Source: a virus | Lineage: Duplodnaviria; Heunggongvirae; Uroviricota; Caudoviricetes | Virus record (IMG/VR): IMGVR_UViG_3300045988_034843 | Length of the DNA stretch: 25,609 nucleotides | Direction: 5' to 3' (one strand) | Shown: positions 1 through 4,968 of the stretch, one piece after another | Numbering within the stretch: the first letter of the stretch is position 1 | Layout: each line of letters begins with the position of its first letter | Translations under genes and position numbers: made by a program | The notes under the pieces: generated by a model | Database searches by the model: none | Told to the model about the DNA's origin: nothing | What the model saw: only the letters and a program-made list of their open reading frames with translations

Positions 1-899
1 TAGATGACATTGTCATATACAAACGTTTTATCCTGCGTCCAGGCGTTGTACCACGGTGTATCTGTAATTTTAAATAACTCTCCCTGGATAAAATCTTCAG
101 AAGCATAAAAAAGAGGCTGGCCCGGTATTCTCTCAAATAAAAAACGAGCATTTTTAAATCGACTGACATCCGGAAGAGTTGATACTTTAAAAGTAAGCCC
201 TAATCCGTCAATTTTATAACCTGGAGATGAGGCTTCAAGGCACGCGCTTATTGCAGTGGAATCGTCATTTATACCATCACCAACAGCTCCAAAATCTTTG
301 GGGCTAATAGCATCACGCATTTTATCCTGGAACGTTCGGTACACAGCCCCAGAACCATACTGAATAAACCAACCAAAACCACCAACAACTCCGGCGATTG
401 CAGCATCGACATAATTACGCATTGAGCGATTATTTACAGCGTCCTGCTCAAATGATGGATCTGCAAGGTTAGAAATTTTGTTTTGCTTTGCATCGTAATA
501 TTTTGCAAGCAAAGATGGTTTCATCAATGCACGTCTGAACCACCCAAAACATTGCTGGATCAGCATCGTCAGGTAGTCAAAGGCATCTTCATGCACTTCG
601 GGGAAAAATTTTCCCTGATTGCGAAGGTCTGTGTCCTGCACTACATCAAGCACACGATCTATCGTAATTCGCCATCCAGTAGCAAGCGGAGACGGAAGAA
701 CCACAGAACCGCCACTATAAGTGCCCGCCCCAGTTACCGTATAACCGGTATCCAGGACCAATTCTGTTACGTTCCCGTTCAGGTCAGACACCTGAACAAC
801 CAGGTCTGATTTTCTGAAAATTCGAAAAGTATACGGAAACGATGTCGTAACGCCGTTACCGGTGTATTCGTTGTGGTCAACTTCGGTTGAGACCGTCAT
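1..899 (-). CDS. Tailspike / tail fibre, N-terminal ~299 aa only; gene continues past window start
   Basis: ATG at 899 preceded by GGAGA RBS; own translation of minus strand gives MTVSTEVDHNEYTGNGVTTSFPYTFRIF...DLVVQV (pattern like the T7 gp17 N-terminal tail-attachment domain) followed by DFGAVGDGINDDSTAI, a motif typical of pectate-lyase-fold tailspike depolymerases. Not in the ORF track because no stop lies inside the window. Confidence 0.8.
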   Translation of the reverse strand, partial: MTVSTEVDHNEYTGNGVTTSFPYTFRIFRKSDLVVQVSDLNGNVTELVLDTGYTVTGAGTYSGGSVVLPSPLATGWRITIDRVLDVVQDTDLRNQGKFFPEVHEDAFDYLTMLIQQCFGWFRRALMKPSLLAKYYDAKQNKISNLADPSFEQDAVNNRSMRNYVDAAIAGVVGGFGWFIQYGSGAVYRTFQDKMRDAISPKDFGAVGDGINDDSTAISACLEASSPGYKIDGLGLTFKVSTLPDVSRFKNARFLFERIPGQPLFYASEDFIQGELFKITDTPWYNAWTQDKTFVYDNVI

Positions 900-1004
900 G
901 TTAAATCTCCAGATAGTCGCAGCACCCGTTGCGCCGCATATCTGGTTATTCTATTACCTGAAAAACCATATATGGATAAAAAGACTATAAATACCAATAG
1001 ATAT

Positions 1005-1019
1005 TACCTTTCGGGTAAT
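1005..1019. promoter_or_regulatory. Dyad operator-like site TTACC-TTTCG-GGTAA (copy 1 of 6)
   Basis: Exact 5-bp inverted half-sites with 5-bp spacer, flanked A...T; 76 bp upstream of the ATG at 1095. Confidence 0.6.
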
Positions 1020-1055
1020 TTGCAAAACGTGCTGGATAGCAAACAAATTATTTGT

Positions 1056-1075
1056 TACTGTATAAACATACAGTT
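1056..1075. promoter_or_regulatory. LexA (SOS) box TACTGTATAAACATACAGTT
   Basis: CTGT-N8-ACAG with AT-rich spacer, close match to the E. coli LexA consensus TACTGTATATATATACAGTA; contains TATAAA (-10-like); 20 bp upstream of the ATG at 1095. Confidence 0.7.
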
Positions 1076-1094
1076 ATTGCATGGAGAAGATAAG

Positions 1095-1352
1095 ATGCAG
1101 CAGTATCACTATCCACTGGAAGACGGATTTACCGAAAGGATTCACACGCCGGGAGGCGTCAGGTCACTGGTGGAGGGATCGCACTTGATGAAATTACTCC
1201 GGGATCTCGATAAGGATGGATTTAATGTCGATGGCCCACTTGCCGAACTGACTGCACTGATTAACTACGTCACCAGCTCACAGATGTCTATGCAGGATCT
1301 GCAAACACATCTCGACTATTGTGCCGAACAATTACGAAAACAAACCCGGTAA
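1095..1352 (+). CDS. Small (85 aa) protein paralogous to the C-terminal domain of the Ant-like protein at 2503-3159; putative LexA-controlled antirepressor/induction factor
   Basis: Internal ATG of track ORF 972-1352 with GGAGAAG RBS 7 nt upstream; the 972 start would place the LexA box and dyad inside coding sequence; about 50 percent identity by eye to residues ~150-210 of the 218-aa Ant-like protein (IHTPGGV..LMKLL..DG..V.G..AELT...DLQTH). Confidence 0.6.
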   Translation: MQQYHYPLEDGFTERIHTPGGVRSLVEGSHLMKLLRDLDKDGFNVDGPLAELTALINYVTSSQMSMQDLQTHLDYCAEQLRKQTR

Positions 1353-1359
1353 ATTTAAA

Positions 1360-1375
1360 GGCCGCAAGAGCGGCC
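1360..1375. terminator. Hairpin GGCCGC-AAGA-GCGGCC between convergent genes
   Basis: 6-bp GC stem with 4-nt loop directly after the stop at 1352 and overlapping the minus-gene stop at 1375; T-rich on the minus-strand side. Confidence 0.5.
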
Positions 1376-2103
1376 TATCGTTTCGCTTTGTGCTCGTCCC
1401 AGCACGTTTTGCACCATGCCATTAAGCCATCCGCATTTTGATTATTAGGGTAAAAGCTTGTTCGTTTTCTGCGGACATTACAAATTGGGCACCACTTCAT
1501 ATGGCGTGTATTCTTTGGGCCATCGAGACACCTTGCACACCACTTAGTCAATCCATCTGGATTTTTTGACGATTTCCTGAATTTTTCATATGGTAGGTTT
1601 ATTCTGCATCGCAAGCACTGCTTGCTACCACTTGAAACTCTGTTAGCTGATTCTTCTTTTGGCGGCGATACAGAAGGTATTCTTGCTGGCTCTGATACTG
1701 CCTGAGGTGCTTTTTTAGATGACTGAGACGATATGTCATCACCAGGGAATCTTCCATGATATGCCGGACGCGTTGACACTCCAGGTGGAAGCTCAGCTGT
1801 AAACGGCTTTGGCTGAATCAGTTGCCTCTCTTTTGCTAACTCCTGCTGTTTATAATATGTCTGGATTACCGCACTATCATAAGCAGGAGGTGCGGAAATA
1901 TTAGGCGCATTACCTCCAGTTTTTTGAAACTGAGTAGAGGTGTGTTCTATCACCTGTGTACGATTAATCGTTATCTCCCCATCTTCGGTCTTTATCGTTT
2001 TGTTATGATTAACGACCGTACGATCAGAGATCTTAGTCTTGTTCTGGTTGATAACGTAAATAATCACCGCAACCACACCAACAACTATCCAGAAAACTTC
2101 CAT
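1375..2103 (-). CDS. Membrane-anchored protein with tandem C-x2-C-x22-C-x2-C zinc-ribbon-like repeats (242 aa); function unknown
   Basis: Track ORF; N-terminal hydrophobic helix (VFWIVVGVVAVIIYVI); C-terminus has two repeats CLRC...NPDGLTKWCARC and CPIC...NADGLMAWCKTC; GAGGAAAA RBS upstream of ATG at 2103. Confidence 0.7.
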   Translation of the reverse strand: MEVFWIVVGVVAVIIYVINQNKTKISDRTVVNHNKTIKTEDGEITINRTQVIEHTSTQFQKTGGNAPNISAPPAYDSAVIQTYYKQQELAKERQLIQPKPFTAELPPGVSTRPAYHGRFPGDDISSQSSKKAPQAVSEPARIPSVSPPKEESANRVSSGSKQCLRCRINLPYEKFRKSSKNPDGLTKWCARCLDGPKNTRHMKWCPICNVRRKRTSFYPNNQNADGLMAWCKTCWDEHKAKR

Positions 2104-2123
2104 TGCTTTTCCTCACAATAACA

Positions 2124-2138
2124 TTACCTTAAAGGTAA
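2124..2138. promoter_or_regulatory. Dyad operator-like site TTACC-TTAAA-GGTAA (copy 2)
   Basis: Centre 28 bp upstream of the minus-strand ATG at 2103; overlaps a candidate TTGATC-N17-TACCTT promoter on the minus strand. Confidence 0.6.
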
Positions 2139-2216
2139 TATCTTGCTTTCAGGTGATCAAGCGTTAAACGCAATCAACCAAATACGGTTGATTTTAATAT
2201 TTCTTCGCGTTTATCA

Positions 2217-2231
2217 TTACCTTTGCGGTAA
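2217..2231. promoter_or_regulatory. Dyad operator-like site TTACC-TTTGC-GGTAA (copy 3)
   Basis: Same half-sites and spacing; lies in the 400-bp intergenic region between the divergent genes at 2103 and 2503. Confidence 0.55.
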
Positions 2232-2321
2232 ATTTACATTGCACTCCTCTTGTGCCATAGTAATCGGGCACTGGCAAAATCCAGTGCCGGGATTGGTCTC
2301 CCGGATTACTAAGTGGCGCAT

Positions 2322-2344
2322 ACCACGCCAGACGTGGTTTTTTT
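2322..2344 (+). terminator. Rho-independent terminator-like hairpin in the leader upstream of the Ant-like gene
   Basis: ACCACG-CCAGA-CGTGGT stem-loop followed by TTTTTT(T); preceded by two further hairpins at 2267-2288 and 2287-2304. Confidence 0.5.
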
Positions 2345-2502
2345 ATGCGTATAGCACAGTCATGCCAGAATTATGGTGGGCTGAATGGGGGTCCGAAAGG
2401 ACGCCGGTACCACTTAGGCCGGTAAGACCAACTCCGTTCAGTTCACCACCATCTGATTGGTCTCAGCGGTGGTGATGTAATTCGCTAAGTGGAGACGCCA
2501 TC

Positions 2503-3159
2503 ATGAACGCTCAACTCATCCCCGTATTCAACGGCACTATATCTAACGAAACAGCCCTACTTTGTAATGCCCGCGATCTGCACGCTTTTTTAGGTGTTAA
2601 AAAGGTGTTTGCAGCATGGATTACAAATCGCATATCAGAATACGAATTCATTGAAAATCAAGACTATATTTTGCTTTCCAATTTGGGAAAGCAAACATCT
2701 GGTAGAGGCGGCCACAACCGCAAAGAGTACCACCTCACCCTTGATACAGCCAAAGAGCTGGCGATGGTCGAGCGTAACGAAAAAGGTCGCCAGGTGCGAC
2801 GCTACTTCATTGAATGCGAGAAACGTTTAAGACAACAAGAAACAAAAGTGGAGAAGGTCTTGTCAGGCTTCATGCCCGCCATTATGGAGGCGATCAAGCT
2901 GGAAGACAAAAAAGAATACAGCGCCCCACTGAAGCCCGGCTACCGCAGCCTGATTCACTCGCCGTCTGGTGTTCTCGGCCTGACTGAGAACTCACTGCTG
3001 ATGAATCTGCTGAACCAGTTACAGGAAGACGGGCACGATGTATCTGGCGCGGCGGCGGAGCTGACCACCATGTTCTGCTACATCGTTGGTGTGAGCAAAT
3101 GCCTGCGTGATATCCAGACCCACGCGGAGTACATCAACGACAAGGCAGGGTTCTTCTGA
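2503..3159 (+). CDS. Antirepressor-like protein, AntA-type N-terminal domain (218 aa)
   Basis: Track ORF; GGAGA RBS 7 nt upstream; N-terminus IPVFNG...[10 protein letters not shown]...F..W...RI.EYEF.EN.DY resembles the AntA/AntB antirepressor domain as I recall it; C-terminal third is paralogous to the 85-aa protein at 1095-1352. Confidence 0.7.
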   Translation: MNAQLIPVFNGTISNETALLCNARDLHAFLGVKKVFAAWITNRISEYEFIENQDYILLSNLGKQTSGRGGHNRKEYHLTLDTAKELAMVERNEKGRQVRRYFIECEKRLRQQETKVEKVLSGFMPAIMEAIKLEDKKEYSAPLKPGYRSLIHSPSGVLGLTENSLLMNLLNQLQEDGHDVSGAAAELTTMFCYIVGVSKCLRDIQTHAEYINDKAGFF

Positions 3160-3244
3160 CGAGCGGCGGCACATGGATGTGCCTACAATTATCAATAATT
3201 GTTTACACTCGTTGCAGTTAAAAGCATTATACTCATGTTTAAAA

Positions 3245-3259
3245 TTACCCGATTGGTAA
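3245..3259. promoter_or_regulatory. Dyad operator-like site TTACC-CGATT-GGTAA (copy 4)
   Basis: Centre 29 bp upstream of ATG 3281, downstream of a TTATACT -10-like element. Confidence 0.6.
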
Positions 3260-3280
3260 AGTCGATTGGTTGAGGTTCAT

Positions 3281-3607
3281 ATGAGCAGAAGATATGTCAA
3301 GGAGCTGGCTATAGAGTCTGGCACCCCTTTGGGTATCGTTCCTGGCTCCAACTATGCCAAGGCTTTAAACCGAGACTCTGTCGTCAAAGTTATATCAAGA
3401 GACATGAATATGGTCGGAGACGATCTCAGACGGTCAGAAAATCGTGTTTATGCTGAATATATAGTAAAGAACGGAAAAAAAATTGCAGCGCCTGCTGGCG
3501 GAAAATGGGCAATAGTGACAGGGAAAAACTCAAATGCAAGAGGAAAACCAGAAGCTAAAGGAATGTCCTTCGACAAATATGCAAAAATCTATTGGGCAAC
3601 CAAGTGA
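3281..3607 (+). CDS. Hypothetical protein (108 aa)
   Basis: ATG 3281 with GAGG 7 nt upstream (track ORF 3266-3607 trimmed to this ATG); AT-rich, lysine-rich; no motif I recognise. Confidence 0.55.
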   Translation: MSRRYVKELAIESGTPLGIVPGSNYAKALNRDSVVKVISRDMNMVGDDLRRSENRVYAEYIVKNGKKIAAPAGGKWAIVTGKNSNARGKPEAKGMSFDKYAKIYWATK

Positions 3608-4082
3608 TAACGAAGAAACTGAGTTCGAGGAAGTTGAGGAAGGGCTAAGTAACGAGATCATTCAACACCCAGATGCCTTCACAAGAGTTCTTGATCGCCC
3701 TGAAATTCAGGAGATAGTTGTCGCTCACCATGCGTTTCAGGGGCCGCTTCCTCCCCCCTATCTGCTTCGCGGGTATCAGGATATTTTACCTGATGCCCCC
3801 GAACGCATCTTCCAGTTGACGGAGAAGGAGTTTGCTCACCGCCAGAAAATGGAGGAAAAGGCACTTGACGGGGCTATTAATAGAGATAAACGTGGGCAGT
3901 GGTTTGGCCTGAGTGCAACTATTTTTACAGTAGCTTGTGCAACATTATTAGGTTTAACAGGTCATGAAGTTCTAGCTGGCACAGTGATCGGTACAGTTGT
4001 TGCAGTGGCTGGTATTTTCGTTCTTAGACAAAAACCAAGCATCAAGAAGAAATCTGAAGACAACAAACCTGAAGAAAAGTAA
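3534..4082 (+). CDS. Membrane protein with two C-terminal TM helices, possibly DUF2335-like (182 aa; alternative start 3579 gives 167 aa)
   Basis: Track ORF; overlaps the 3' end of the previous gene in another frame; conserved-looking stretch PLPPPYLLRGYQDILPDAPERIF...HRQ then hydrophobic segments FGLSATIFTVACATLLGL and VIGTVVAVAGIFVL; followed immediately by a terminator. Confidence 0.6.
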   Translation: MQEENQKLKECPSTNMQKSIGQPSDNEETEFEEVEEGLSNEIIQHPDAFTRVLDRPEIQEIVVAHHAFQGPLPPPYLLRGYQDILPDAPERIFQLTEKEFAHRQKMEEKALDGAINRDKRGQWFGLSATIFTVACATLLGLTGHEVLAGTVIGTVVAVAGIFVLRQKPSIKKKSEDNKPEEK

Positions 4083-4103
4083 GCCCGCGCTGCGGGCTTT
4101 TTT
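4082..4103 (+). terminator. Rho-independent terminator AGCCCGC-GCT-GCGGGCT + T6
   Basis: 7-bp GC-rich stem, 3-nt loop, T-run 4098-4103, directly after the stop at 4080-4082. Confidence 0.75.
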
Positions 4104-4175
4104 GTGGACGAAACAAAAGTCAGTGCTACACTCATTGACGCCACATTGAGGTGGCTTATAGATGGAAATTTCACA

Positions 4176-4337
4176 ATGAAAAAAGCATTTGCTGCACTGT
4201 TCGTTTTGTTGTCTCTGGTAGCTTCAACTCAGGCCTTTGCCGGTCGTTGTCAGCACGACAGCGACACTGCTGCTGACGGCTCCCGCTGCGGTGGGCGTTC
4301 TGCGGATTCCCGCCCGGGTGGCGGTGGCATTCGTTAA
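4176..4337 (+). CDS. Small predicted secreted peptide (53 aa) with N-terminal signal sequence
   Basis: Internal ATG of track ORF 4104-4337; MKKAFAALFVLLSLVASTQAFA looks like a Sec signal peptide with AFA cleavage motif; mature part Cys/Gly/Asp-rich; weak RBS. Confidence 0.4.
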   Translation: MKKAFAALFVLLSLVASTQAFAGRCQHDSDTAADGSRCGGRSADSRPGGGGIR

Positions 4338-4342
4338 AAACA

Positions 4343-4358
4343 AGGCCGCGAAAGCGGC
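4343..4358. terminator. Hairpin GGCCGC-GAAA-GCGGCC shared by convergent genes
   Basis: 6-bp GC stem with GAAA loop; the minus-strand reading is followed by TTGTTTTT, so it most plausibly terminates the minus-strand lipoprotein gene. Confidence 0.55.
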
Positions 4359-4360
4359 CT

Positions 4361-4372
4361 GTGACATGTCAC
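4361..4372. repeat. 12-bp perfect palindrome GTGACATGTCAC (copy 1 of 3)
   Basis: Exact palindrome abutting the hairpin at 4343-4358; overlaps the stop codon of the lipoprotein gene. Confidence 0.6.
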
Positions 4373-4749
4373 GCAACGCAATTATTACCGCGCCATGTAA
4401 CATTTTTAATAATCTTATCAGCACCAAACTCAACGTAAACAGAGCAACTGAAATGGAGTGTATAACCGCCATCAGTTGTTGCGTATGTGTTTGAATATAT
4501 AGTATTACCAATTAGATTAGACGTAGTATTATACGTTGTGGTTTGTGGTACGTTATAACTACCAGAGCTTGAGTAAACATACACTCTGTTTCCATCTGGA
4601 GATGTAAGCTCTCCCTGAGGATACCCCCACTGCTGAACCATTGCGTCTATACTCTGCCCGCGCCACGTAAGCATATTTCTTTCAAACTGTGCAGCTGACT
4701 GGCATCCAACGAGAAGCATAAATCCAAAAATCAAAAATACTTTTCTCAT
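4369..4749 (-). CDS. Putative lipoprotein (126 aa)
   Basis: Internal ATG of track ORF 4369-4785 with AGGGG RBS; MRKVFLIFGFMLLVGCQSA has a lipobox (LVGC); mature part Thr/Ser/Tyr/Asn-rich. Confidence 0.7.
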   Translation of the reverse strand: MRKVFLIFGFMLLVGCQSAAQFERNMLTWRGQSIDAMVQQWGYPQGELTSPDGNRVYVYSSSGSYNVPQTTTYNTTSNLIGNTIYSNTYATTDGGYTLHFSCSVYVEFGADKIIKNVTWRGNNCVA

Positions 4750-4834
4750 AATTACCCCTATCATGGAAAAACAGCACCAATCCACAAATTAACTAGTTAT
4801 TTTATTATTCTTCCGAACAATACAATTCCGAATA

Positions 4835-4960
4835 CTACAAAGCCGAACCATGCCGCTGCACGCAACAGAGATTCCAATTGAAACCCATTTTTATCAAAAT
4901 GTATGAATAGCATAAAAACGCTGCACATATTAGTACAATAAAAGTTATTTGAACCATCAT
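4835..4960 (-). CDS. Small hydrophobic peptide (41 aa), uncertain
   Basis: Own translation: AAGGAG RBS 4 nt before ATGATG at 4960, MMVQITFIVLICAAFLCYSYILIKMGF...; the track lists a different frame (4797-4985) for the same stretch, which lacks an RBS at its internal ATGs; only one of these, or neither, is real. Confidence 0.3.
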   Translation of the reverse strand: MMVQITFIVLICAAFLCYSYILIKMGFNWNLCCVQRHGSAL

Positions 4961-4968
4961 ATCTCCTT

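Noticed and set aside
483-809. Plus-strand ORF (108 aa) inside the tailspike region
   Set aside because: It lies antisense to the well-supported minus-strand tailspike frame and is Cys/His/Arg-rich; judged a shadow ORF.
972-1094. N-terminal extension of track ORF 972-1352 (start at 972)
   Set aside because: The extension would bury the LexA box and a dyad operator inside coding sequence, has no RBS, and the homology to the Ant C-terminal domain begins only after the internal ATG at 1095, which does have a GGAGAAG RBS.
2143-2475. Plus-strand ORF (110 aa) in the ant upstream region
   Set aside because: It spans hairpins and a terminator, has no RBS, and is Trp/Arg/Pro-rich; the region is better explained as regulatory leader.
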